From: Mytilus edulis | Lineage: Eukaryota | Direction of reading: 5' to 3' | Assembly: GCF_963676685.1 (NCBI RefSeq) | Contig: NC_092345.1 | Coordinates: 47,616,001 to 47,680,000 of the forward strand | Length of the DNA: 64,000 bases | In this document: in pieces, positions 1 through 11,500 of the stretch | Layout: every line of letters begins with the position of its first letter | Position numbering within the stretch: the stretch's first letter is position 1 | Program-made: the position numbers and the translations under genes | Notes under the pieces: generated by a model | Seen by the model: only the letters and a program-made list of their open reading frames with translations | The model's database searches: none | What the model was told of the DNA's origin: nothing

Positions 1-237
1 TTAGGGTATCTGTTATGATTTTAATCTATTTTTACATGATTTCCAAACCAAAGTAGAATCAGGTGAGCGAGCGACACAGGCTCTTGGGAGCTTCTAGTTT
101 GTACCAAGCAATATTGATGACATCTACTTTATTATTTATCTTTAATGCGTTATTTGAAACCCAAATTGTTGCTAAGCATCTGTCATACCTCAATAAAACA
201 TAAGGATGGAATCCCAGCTAATAAAGCCCCAAACATT

Positions 238-600
238 TTTTTTTAGCTCACCTGGCCCGAAGTGCCAGGTGAGTGTTTCTCATCACTTGGCGTCCGTAGT
301 CCGTTGTCATCGTCGTCGACGTCATTAACTTTATTACATTTTGAACCTCTTCTAGAGAACTAATGAATGGAATAAAACCAAACACGGCATAAATGTTCCT
401 TACGAGGTGCTGACCATGTGTTGTGACTTTGAAACCGATCCATCATCCAAGATGGCATCCAGCGGGGGACCTCGTTTAACATACGATCCTATGAGAAAAA
501 ACATACAAATGTCTTCGTTTAGAGAACCACTGGATGGAATGAAACCAAACATGGCATGAATGTTCCTTATGAGGTGTTGACTAAGTTTTGTTACTTTGTT
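238..600. mobile_element. Helentron-like (HINE-type) non-autonomous element fragment with tandem core repeats
   Basis: Starts TTTTTAGCTCACCTGGCCCGAAGTGCCAGGTGAG (hairpin), then a (CGT)n tract and two copies of a core unit (GGAATxAAACCAAACAyGGCAT). The opposite-end motif CAGGTGAGCGACACAGG..CTAGTT occurs at ~60-99 and ~50409-50443. Confidence 0.6.
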
Positions 601-998
601 TACATTCATCACTCATTTACTAAAAAAAATATACATTTTGTCCGTAAATCTACGACATCTTTTAAAATGTTTAACCCTATGTTAATCTGTTTGAGGCACA
701 CTCGACAAAGTGTCTTTGAATATCCATGTAAAAACTATAATATTTGAACATTTATTAGTGAATTAATTGGTCCACACTATATTCAATCCTGATGCGGCTT
801 GATTTGGATTTTTCGATTAAATTTTCCTCAAGTCCCTGAAAATGTTTTCTTTCAGTATACTCTTAAATCTATTGAACTAACTATAACAAAACTTGACAGT
901 AATACTTGAAATAAGTAGTTTTTCACAGACAAATTTTCACAATCAGTCTATTCGATAAAAAAGTCTTGCTTAGGTGTTAAACCAACAAATCATAGTAC

Positions 999-2288
999 TG
1001 TAACGAAAACCGAGCGGTCAAGCCTTAGTGTTTAACTATAAATGTGTATCCCTCAGTGTGTTGCTATAAGAATGTTTTTTTGTAAGAATGTATAAATATA
1101 TAGGAAATAAAAGTTATAATTGGTGACCCTTCTTTGGTAGTGTGGTACTCTGGTATCGTGGAACTCTGGTTTTCTGTATACAACCTGGTAAGGTTGGTTC
1201 CTCTGGTAGGGTAAAGACTCGAATAGAAAGGCGTACATTGGGATATAGGATTTTGGTCTGTGAAAGTGTGTGAGGTTCTGGATAATGGTAACTCTCCGTA
1301 TTGACGTATGGAAGAATAACAGACTCGTTAAATAAAAAAAACAACTTATATTAACTTTAATATGCATTAAATATCAACAATACATATATATATTTTGAAT
1401 AACTTAACGGTGTTCAATTCTATTAATAGACTCAGAAAGTTTAATAATTGTAATTTAGTAATCGGCAAATGGTAAACCTCAATACTTAAAGGTTCGTTAT
1501 AAATAAACTCATCATAGATACCAGGAATGAAATTTTGTATTTGTGACAGACGCGCGTTTCGTCTACAAAAGACTCATCAGTAAATAAAAAAAAGTTAAAA
1601 AAAGGCCACATAAATTACGAAGTTGAAGAGCATTGAGGACCACAAATTCCTAAAAGTTTTGCCAAATAGAACTGAGGTAATCTATTCTTGAGGTAGAAAA
1701 GCCTTAGTATTTCAAAAATTCAAAGTTTTGTAAACAGTTAATTTTTCATTATGTCCATATCAATGATAATTCATATCAACACAGCACAGAAGTGCTGATA
1801 ACCCACATAATACGGATGTAGTCTCCTCGTAATGCTTGTTCTGGTAAATGGTATCTATACTTGTATTAAAATCGCTTGGAATTAGCGAGTGTTAATTGCC
1901 AAATGTAAAGTCGTACTGAAGACTTATCTGTATTCTCCGTATTTATACTTAGGTAAACTAATTTACCGATTTGGTTAACCATTTACCATTTTGGTGTACT
2001 ATTCACCATTTACCATTTAGAAAAATACATAAATTACCGAAACCGGAACTGGTTATAACCAAAATAGGTAAAGGTCATTGTTAGTCAATTAAAATAAACA
2101 ATTCAGAGGTGTTCCGAATTTAAAAACAAAGGCACAGATAATAAAAAAAAATAGAATTACAATGTTTAAACATAGTTATACAAGAAATATATAATAACAA
2201 AAATCATTTATCGGTACGATTAAAACAACGTCATTACAAAAATTTAGGCGAAACCAGTTCCATTTCATGGAACCGACATTTTGTCACA
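999..2288 (-). repeat. Gypsy 3' LTR (carries a retrozyme-like insert at ~1501-1800)
   Basis: Colinear with 3715-5447. TG..CA ends; abuts the PPT. Confidence 0.85.
1501..1800 (-). mobile_element. Retrozyme/Penelope-type repeat with a type I hammerhead ribozyme core (1549-1580)
   Basis: Minus strand reads CTGATGA-GTCT-TTTGT-AGAC-GAAA-CGCGCG-TC: hammerhead core, stem II, palindromic stem III. Absent from the sister LTR. Homologous to 28152-28490 and 29385-29468. Confidence 0.75.
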
Positions 2289-2419
2289 CTTCCTCCACCT
2301 TTGAAAAATAATATTTGTCCTCAAACAAGAAAATGTATTTTTTTTTACTTAAAAATCAGTTCTTCAATATTATTCATTAAAATATCCCATAACATGCATA
2401 GTGCCGTGTTAAGGTCTAT

Positions 2420-3630
2420 TATTTTGGAAGGCTTCATATTCAAGAGCTACTTGAATAGCGTTATTAATACTTTTTGCTTTGGTCTAAAATAGCCTATTCC
2501 ATGTCTGCATCATTTAGGGAATCAACATGATCAATAAAACAATCGCGCGCTAATTGTTCTTTAACCTCTATCGGAGCTGATGGATACGCTAGTCTTACTA
2601 GACGTTTTATGTCTTGGCCTAACACAGGTGTTTGTTCCGTGCGTCTGAGTATTTTACTTTTCATATGCGCCCTGTATACTTCAGCTTGGTTTTCTGGTTG
2701 AAAAAGATACGCTAAGGCGTATAAAATTGGTCCGCATCTCTGGTCTTAAATCGGCTAACATACTTTGGGCTCTTAAGCTAGTAGCTAGTTCTAAAGCTTT
2801 CTCTATGTCAGACCATTTGTTTATTGCTGCAATTATTTCAAACTGAACTAAATAGTGTCCCCAATTACCCTCCCCATCATAAAGTGCTGGTTTCTTTTTG
2901 TATTATTTGTATTTTGCAAGTTAATATCATAATAACGCCCAAAAATTTGTTATTTACTAATGCCAGCATAATTTAAATTACTGGTTATTTCACCTGTACG
3001 ATGTTCGTGGTCCGTCCCGTTATTCCCCACTCAGAGGGTCAAAGGTAATGCTTGGTACGTTGCCCCCTGATTATGGTGTACGCCCTGGTCCAAAGTCCTA
3101 GGTAAGTCTCTCGAATCACATATACCCAGTCGGGCATCAGATTCAAAAGACGTCATGACTCCTCTTGTACTCCCGGAGTCTCCCTCAGCATTATCCATTG
3201 CTTTCTGACTCCAAAATCAATACCTAGACTCTCTGGCAACATGGTCAGGTTCCTGTGGTAAAGGGACCAAAAGAGTCGTCGACTCATCACCAAAATTCTG
3301 TTTTACCGTACGCGCTTCATTTTTTTTCAAATGCACAACCGTTGCTCTGTTTGAAACTTCCGGGTTTTTCGCTTGGTCAATGGCCACTTTCCTTGACGGT
3401 GATACATCACCTGACAATTACCTATTGTTATTATGATAAATACCATCCTTGTCGTATCTTTTCGTATTCTCTTGTGAGGGCCATTGATCTTGGTTCACTC
3501 TTATGTTTATCTCTCCGGTCGGCGTCAGATCATTGAAAATTTCACAGGACCGAGATCGGGGAAGCACTAGTTTACCCTGGGCAATCAACCTAGGTTTTTC
3601 AAATTTACTTTCTACTTCCGCGCTATCCAT
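2420..3630 (-). pseudogene. gag: Gypsy gag pseudogene
   Basis: Minus-strand translation of ~2900-2420 gives KPALYDGEGNWGHYLVQFEIIAAINKWSDIEKALELATSLR..DIKRLVRLAYP..EQLARDCFID..AIQVALEYEAF (Gypsy capsid) with stops and frameshifts. N-terminal pieces are ORFs 3418-3630 and 3217-3417. Confidence 0.8.
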
Positions 3631-3714
3631 TTTACTTTATAATTATGTATACCTTATCTTAAATATATTACCTAAGAATATAAAAATGTAGGTACATGCC
3701 TCCACTGCCACCGC

Positions 3715-5447
3715 TGTAACAAAAACCGAGCGGTCAGGCCCAAGTGTTAAACTATAAATGTGTATCCCTTTGTGTGTTGCTACAAGAATGTGTTTTTGTA
3801 AGAATATATAAATATATAGCAAATACAAGTTATAACTGGTGACCCATCTTTAGTAGCGTGATACTCTGGTATTGTGGAACTCTGGTTTTCTGTATACAAC
3901 CTGGTAAGGTTTGTTTTTCTGGTAGGGAAAAGACTCGAATAGAAAGGCGTAATAAGAAATAGGTTTTGGTCTGTGAAGTATGTGGTTCTGGATAATGGTA
4001 ACTCTCCGTATTGACGTTTGTAAGAATAATAGACTCGTTAAATAAAAATGTGTAAGGGTTCCGCGGAACCCAGTGTCTCGCCTACTTTTGCTGTAAATTG
4101 CAGGCTCAACAAAAATGAGGAAAAAATCAATAAAAATATTCTTCTTGATACTATCTTATGATTGTAAGAAGCTTCTGTCCAAGTTTGGTAAAAATCTATG
4201 ATAGTTTAATGAATATAATAAATGTTTTAAAAACTTTAACTGCAGACTGTATGTAATGTTACCCCGCAGAAAAACTAAGTCCATTTAAAAGTAAAATACG
4301 GAAACAATGGATTTATTTTTTAACAATATTTACCTCTTGATACTATCTTATGATCATAAACAAGCCTCTGTCCAAGTTTGGTACAAACCAAGCATAGTTT
4401 AAGAAAGTTATTAAAATTCTAAAAACTTTAACCACAGAGTGAATGTAATGTTTCCCCGCAGAAAAGTCCATTTATGAGTAAAATACGGAAAAAATGGAAT
4501 TTTATTTTTACAAAATTTACTTCTGGATACTATCTTATGATCATAAACAAGCTTCTGTCCAAGTTTGGTAGAAATACAGTACAGTTTAAGAAAGTTATTA
4601 AAATTTCAAAAACTTTAACCACAGAGTGAATATTTGTGGACGCCGCCGACGACGACGGAATGTAGGATCGCTTAGTCTCGCTTTTTCGACTAAAGTCGAA
4701 GGCTCGACAAAAATCAACTTATATTAACTTTAATATGCATTAGATATCAACAATACAGATATATATTTAATGAATATGTCAACAGTGTTCAATTCTATTG
4801 ATAGACATTTTATCAGCCTTCTTCCGTAAATAAAGAAAATGAATAGCGGAAAAATATACTCAGAAAGTTTAATAATTGTAATTTAGTATTATGCAAATGG
4901 TAAACCTCAATACCCAAATATTCGTTATAGAGTGTTTTCTAAGTGAATCTTGTAAAGGAATTTAAAAAACCTACATAGTACGGATATAAAATGTAGTCTC
5001 CTCGTACTGCTTGGTCTGGTATATGGTATCTATACTTATACTTATGAAAAATCGTACTTAAGACATATCAGTATTCTCCGCCGTATTTATACTTAATATG
5101 TAATTGAAACCAATTTACAGATTTGGTTTACATGTACCATTTACTATTTTGGTTTATCATTTACCATTTACCATTTAGGAAAATACCTAATGACCGAAAC
5201 CGGAACTGGTTATTACCAAAATATGTAAAACGTCATTGTACGTCTTTTGAAATAAACAATTCCGAGGTGTTCCGAATGTAAAAACAAAGACAAGGATCAT
5301 TACAAGTTTTATAGTTACAATGTTTAAACATAGTTATACAAGAAATATATAATAACAAAAGTCATTCATCAGTACGATTAAAACAACGTCATCACACAAT
5401 TATAGGGGAAACAAGTTCCATTCCAGGGAACCGTTATTTTTGTAAAA
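3715..5447 (-). repeat. Gypsy 5' LTR (carries a HINE insert at 4049-4710)
   Basis: Homologous to 999-2288; the outer terminus is mutated (TGTAAAA vs TGTCACA). Confidence 0.85.
4049..4710. mobile_element. Helentron-like HINE with ~190-bp core tandem repeats
   Basis: Left hairpin GGGTTCCGCGGAACCC. GATACTATCTTATGAT at 4147/4339/4526. (GAC)n tract and terminal hairpin TTCGACTAAAGTCGAA. Inserted in an A-run that is uninterrupted in the sister LTR (1334-1341). Confidence 0.75.
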
Positions 5448-7704
5448 GTACGTAATATTACACAGTTTCATATGAAAAAGGATCGCAAAAAATATTCTCC
5501 TTGAATTTGACAGTTGAAGGAAGTTAACCTTACATTTCATTGTAAAAAAAAATTAATTGAGTCATAAACACATTGCTTCGGTGCTTCAAAATAGGATTCT
5601 TTTTCATTCGTTTTATTTTCTATAAAATATTTTGGAAACTAGGGGTTGCATGCATAGTTAAAAAGATTTTACATTACAGGAGATGCTGTCCATGTGGTGA
5701 ATCCATTTTTGCTCGTTTTGGATTCGAGTCATTCATTTGTTTGTTACCTTGCTTTGTTTTCTTAATTGGTTTGTGAGAATTAAACATCGTAAATCTGTAG
5801 GGTCAAAATAAGAAATCAGTAAGTAGGGAAACCTGTTCATGTGAACCTGATTAAGATCAATCATTTCTTCACGGATACACAACGGTATTAAAATCCTGAC
5901 AAAACGAGAGTTTTACAAGATCTGAAAAAGTGTAAAACGCATGAAAACTGGTTGTTAACTGTGTTTTAATAGAATGAATCGGAATATTCACTTGAAACAG
6001 AATATTGATGTTATAATCAATTATTATACACGCATCCATTTTCTTATTTTAAGAAATAATGTAAAGGTATGATGTGTTCTTTATTTGACCCTGAATGACA
6101 AAGCAAATGAGGTACTTTTAAAATTATGTTCAGCCAATTTTGTCTTTTTGAAATAGGAAAGAAAAATACTATTAACAACTGTTATGCAATTAGAGGTTTA
6201 GATAGCTGTAAAACAAGGTTTGACGAGGTTTAACCAACCGTTTTCTCCTACCAAGTCGGGAATATACCAGTTGTGTTGGTTCATATAGTATAGTATAACG
6301 TTTGATTTTATCAGGGTTTAATGCCTCTTTTTATAATGTAACTTTAAGTGCAATTTTTTTTAACACGTCGTTTCCTCATATATTTAAATCACTCGATATC
6401 AAACAAGTTTTTAGTAGGTTTCGATTTTCTTAGTTTTAAGTTTTCTGTTTAGTGTTTTGCAAAATTGCTTGTTTGTTCTCTTTTTTTAAATTGCCATTTG
6501 TTTTGTCATTTTTTTTTTAATTTCCCTAAGTATCATCCGTCCCCTTTTTTATCAGATTTTATTAAGTTTACACTTAGTCTAGTAGATGAATAAAAGTCTT
6601 AAAAAGTCAATTTAAGCTTCACAAAATCGACAAAGTATGAACAAAACACGTGTAGTTATGTCCAGTAGTTCAATCAATTTCCAGACTTATCCACTGCTAT
6701 AAATTCAGTACTGTTCAGGCAATTCGTTTGCAGTCAATTCACTACTGTTTAAGAGCTTTTCGGACAATTCATTATGATGTTCATGTAAATAACATTTACC
6801 GAATAAACTGAACACGCACTGGACAGATCTTAATTGACTGCAAGGAAATTGTCGGAACAGTACCGAATTTAGTGAAGTTTGAAAATCAACTGAAAGACTG
6901 AAATTAACTTTATAAATTATTGTTCAGCCTTTTAACATGTTTAAGATGAGCTCAGTTCAAATTGATAGCGTCAGATCTTAATTGGTCTATTTGTGCTGGT
7001 CCATTTATAGCAGGTGTGTCATTTAGGATTTTACTGTGACAAAATGCCCATCTTTGTATAAGATGACTCATTCAATACAATTTTTAGAAATATGAAATAA
7101 ATGATTATTACTTCAGTCAAAAGAAACATAATGATTTGAAGATGTGGTATGATTGCCAATGAGACAACCATCCACCAGAGTTAAAATGAAGTTGAAGTAT
7201 GCAATTGAAGGCCACCGTAAGAACAATCATATCGTATAGTCGACTATAAGAAGTTTTTCACTTTGCTCCCGTACCAATCATGGTACTAAATGGGAACAGT
7301 CAATGAGCTTTTGCAAATTATTGATGTATATACTTATTTCCAATGTCCGTTTTATGAATCATAATCAGTAGCATTTATAAGAAAGATTTTACCTGTAACA
7401 ACAGTACGAAGAAAGAGTCAAATTATAGAAAACGTTCGTAAATTGTTTCAAATAGTGTGTTAGTGCAATTTGCTATAATACACTAGTTCAGGGAAACAAT
7501 GCGCATGTGCAAGATCGATCGTGTGATTTTGCGTTATCAACTAATAAGTTACGAGATTTGATAAACTGGAGGCATTATCAGTTTATTGATTTATCAGATC
7601 GGCATCGTAATTACTGTAGTCAGATTAATGAATTTTCAAGAAGCATACACATGCTATGGCAAACGAAAATATATACAATATATGACAATAAAAAATAAAT
7701 AAAT

Positions 7705-8250
7705 TATTCTGTTACACCGTTCCGTAATTTGTATAGTTCGTTTGATTATATTCTTAATCTGTTTATGTGTTCCAGTCTAGGAGGATTATTCATCTTTAAC
7801 GTTAAAACATCGTACCGTCGCTACCTTTCCCTCACTCTCACGTATCCGTTACAGGAAAACTGCAAGGTCATTACGATCACCAGGAACATTTCGTTGAGAC
7901 GTCATCTTGGACACAATTCGTGGCTAACCACAGAGTGAGTTTATTATAAACATTGTAATTAAAGCCTTCAAATTGCCTTCCGTATAATTGAACCTTTTCT
8001 CCGTGAAATACTGGATATGTAACCGTTCTTGAAAGTACAACATTTTCTCGGATTCAACGGACTGTGCTATCAATTATTTTGGACATTTCATGCACTAGAA
8101 ACATTAATTCAACACATTGTAAAATTGTATTTTATTTGTTTTTCAGCTTTTTACCATTTGTTAGATTGGTTTGAGAATAAATTATCAGCACCTGATAGTC
8201 TTGTTGCTTGAGCCCAATCGTCGGTTAAACTTAATGGTCAGGCCATTACA
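7705..8250 (+). repeat. Bel/Pao 5' LTR
   Basis: Direct repeat of 12545-13090; TATTCT..ATTACA; AATAAA at 8176-8181. Confidence 0.95.
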
Positions 8251-8502
8251 GTAAAAAGTCTACAACTTGCCTGTTGTGTCTCACAGATAACGCCACTCCA
8301 CATTAGTTCTACAGCTACAGAACAACCTACCTGTTGAACCCTGCATTAACGCGGCATACCTTGACTTACAGTAAATTGACGACAACCTGTCTTTCCATAT
8401 CCAGACAAGGAACGACAACGTAGCAACTGACATACCTTTACACTGACAGTGGACTACATATCTTGTGTATACTCGACAGCAACCTAACAACGTTGAGTCA
8501 AC

Positions 8503-11500
8503 ATGGATCCCAGTCATGAGGAACAACAAGAAGAGATACAGACCCCAGAGGGAAAGGTTCCAGATTTAGAACTATTACAAAATCCATCTAATACAATCCA
8601 GGCAGATGAAAATCCCGAGGCAAGGCGAGTTCGTGACCTCACGGAAAAAGGACAAGGAGCTTTCACCGAAAAACGTGACAAGTTCTGTCAGGAACTAGAG
8701 GCTCTCTGGGCAGACATTGAATCCCAGTTATTGGAAGTAACAGCGCCCCCTAACGATCTCCAGCAACTCCTAACAGTCCAGGACACACTTGTTAAAGCCT
8801 GCAATAATTATCGTAGGCTCACAGATGAATACCTAGAATTTCTGAAAAGGACCAGAACATTGGAGAGTCAAAAAGAAATTGATGCATGTAAACTCTCTTT
8901 GGATTTACGTCTGTCCAAAGTGGAACTTGTTATGGAAAAACTACACGAGCATCGCCTCGCCCTAACAAAGGCCAAATCCACTAAAACAAAGACCTCAAAA
9001 GGTAAGAAAACCTCACGCAGTGGTAGCTCTAACGTGTCAGACATGTCAAGCCTAGCACGGAGAAAGCGTGCCAAGGCAGAGGCTGCCAAGTCTAAAATAG
9101 CCTTTGTAGAAAAACATGCCATTATCCTACAACAGGAAGCAATGTTAGAGGAACAAGCCCTGTTCAGACAAATTGAAATGGAACAGGAAGCAGCACACAA
9201 AAAGGCAAAAATGGAACAAGAAGTCGCTCAGGAGGCCGCACAGAGAACAGTTCAGTTAGAACAAGAGGCTATGCGCAGGAAGGCTCAAATGCAACAAGAA
9301 GCCGCACGAGTAAGCCGAGAAAAGGCCCAACTTAAAGCCAAATTTAACCTTCTTGAAGCACAGAGAGAAGCTGCAGCCGCAGAAGCCGAGGCTCGTATCC
9401 TGGAATACGATGATAGCCAAGCCTTTATCGAACTACCTGACGAAAAGGAAGACCCGCTCCAGCGTGTGCAAGATTTTGTCAACAAACTTCCTGTATCAAC
9501 AGCTGTGAAGGAAGTAACAGCACCTCAAAAGAAAAAGCAATTTCCTGTTAAAATTGAGCTGAGCCACGAAGCACCAGCGTTCGTGCCGTCCGCGGCACTG
9601 AACTTGCTGTCACAGACATCTGCTGTCTTACCTTCCGATACTAAGTCACCGGAAGTTACCTTTATCCCAGATCTGGGATTAGTAACCGGTATACAAAAAC
9701 TAGGCCTTTCAGATGAGAGCCCTATTGAACACCAAAAACAGGGTGTAAAAGAAGCGATCCCTGTCTTACGCACAAAACAAGATGTTATAGAAGAAATCCA
9801 TGTTTCACACACAAAACAAGACCTATTAGAAGATATCCCTGTTGCACACCAACAACAAATCAACCTTACATCAGAGATAACTAGATTCCTCTTACGCAAG
9901 GACTTGCTATTCTCCCGATTAAAAAGCTTTAATCTGGCAGAATCCTTTCATACTTGGAAAGCTAGCTTCAAAAACGTGACTGATGAGTTACAAGTCTCTG
10001 ACTCAGAACAGATCGATTTACTGATCAAGTGGCTCGGTCCAGAGTCTGCTAAACACGCCATTAGCATAAGAGCGTCGAACGCTAATAATCCTACCATAGG
10101 AATACAGAGATTATGGCAGAGGCTTGACGAGCGGTATGGTGCTCCAGAAATGTTGGAAGCCTCTCTCATGAGTAAACTCGTCAACTTCCCTACCTTGACG
10201 AACAAAGATAACGCACGTCTTTATGACTTGTCTGATATTCTTTCAGAAATCGAATATCACAAGGAAAACCCCAAGCTGGGATGTTTGCTTGCTTATTTCG
10301 ACTCTTCGTCCGGAATAAATCCTATTGTAGAAAAACTGCCATACGGACTCCAAGAAAAGTGGATTACAAGGGCTTCAAGATACAAGTCTAAATATGAAGT
10401 TGCCTTTCCACCTTTCACAGAATTATCTGCCTTCATCAGGGAAATTAGCAAAATTAAGAACGATCCTGGGTTCATCTTTGGCTCAAAAGTAACACCAAAT
10501 ACAAAAGAATCTATGCCAAGGTTCACATCTCAGACGTACTCTAAAGTCAACGTTCATAAGACAGCTGTTGAACAGCAAACTGAAGACAGCAGTCAACAAC
10601 AAGATCTGTGTATCCTACACAAGACAATGCATACCTTGAATGAATGCCGAGCATTCCGAGCCAAACCGATCGAGGAACGCAAGGAACTGTTAAGACAAAA
10701 CAATGTGTGCTACAAGTGTTGTGAGTCAACCACACACAGAAGTCGGAACTGCAACGCAAGCATCAGTTGTAACGAATGTGGAAGTGAACGACATACCACA
10801 GCACTTCACATCACTAGACCACAACAATCTGAAGGTTCCCAGTTTAGCTCACCCAGACCAGCCTACGGCGGGGAGCTTACACAAGTCTACGGCGGGGAGC
10901 AGACAGAGTCCGCTGAAACAAAGTTAACCTCTGTGAGTTCGATCTGCACAGAGATCTACAAAGATCATAAGAGCGAGAAATCTTATGCCAAGATATTACC
11001 TGTGGACGTGTACCACAAGGACAAGACAGACAAAATTATCAGAATGTACGCCATTATTGACGACCAAAGCAACCGGTCTCTTGCCTCGCCTGAATTCTTC
11101 AGTCTGTTCAACGTTCGGGAAAAACCTGAAAACTACTCTCTTACGACATGCTCCGGCAGAATAGCTACCTCCGGGAAAAGAGGAAAAGATTTCGTCATAA
11201 AATCTGTACATAGTGACGTACAGTTTGATCTGCCTACATTAATTGAATGTAATAATATTCCCAATAATCGAGACGAAATTCCTACTCCTGAAGTTGCAAT
11301 GCATCATCCTCATCTGAAAGAACTCGGAGGAAGCATTCCACCAATAGAGGAACGTTGTCAAATTCTACTCCTAATTGGAAGGGACCTTATAGAGGCACAC
11401 CACGTCCTTGAACAACGCCTAGGACCATCCCGAACTCCATTTGCCCAAAAGTTGAGACTTGGTTGGGTCATAATTGGAAATACATACATTGACAAGCAAA

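Larger units (their letters stand above)
999..5447 (-). mobile_element. Ty3/Gypsy LTR retrotransposon, gag-only (no pol), degenerate
   Basis: Two homologous LTRs (999-2288, 3715-5447) starting TGTAAC on the + strand. 4-bp TSD GTAC at 995-998 and 5448-5451. Minus-strand PPT (AAAGGTGGAGGAAG) at 2289-2302. tRNA-Leu-like PBS remnant CGGTGGCAGTGGAGG next to 3714. Gag remnant between the LTRs. Confidence 0.85.

Noticed and set aside
1561-1573. GTCTACAA shared between the hammerhead stem II and the Bel/Pao PBS region
   Set aside because: Only 8 nt and internal to the ribozyme, not at a cleavage end; probably chance.
7729-8211. Small ORFs (69 and 60 aa) duplicated at 12569-13051
   Set aside because: They lie inside the LTRs, start at non-ATG codons and have no protein features.
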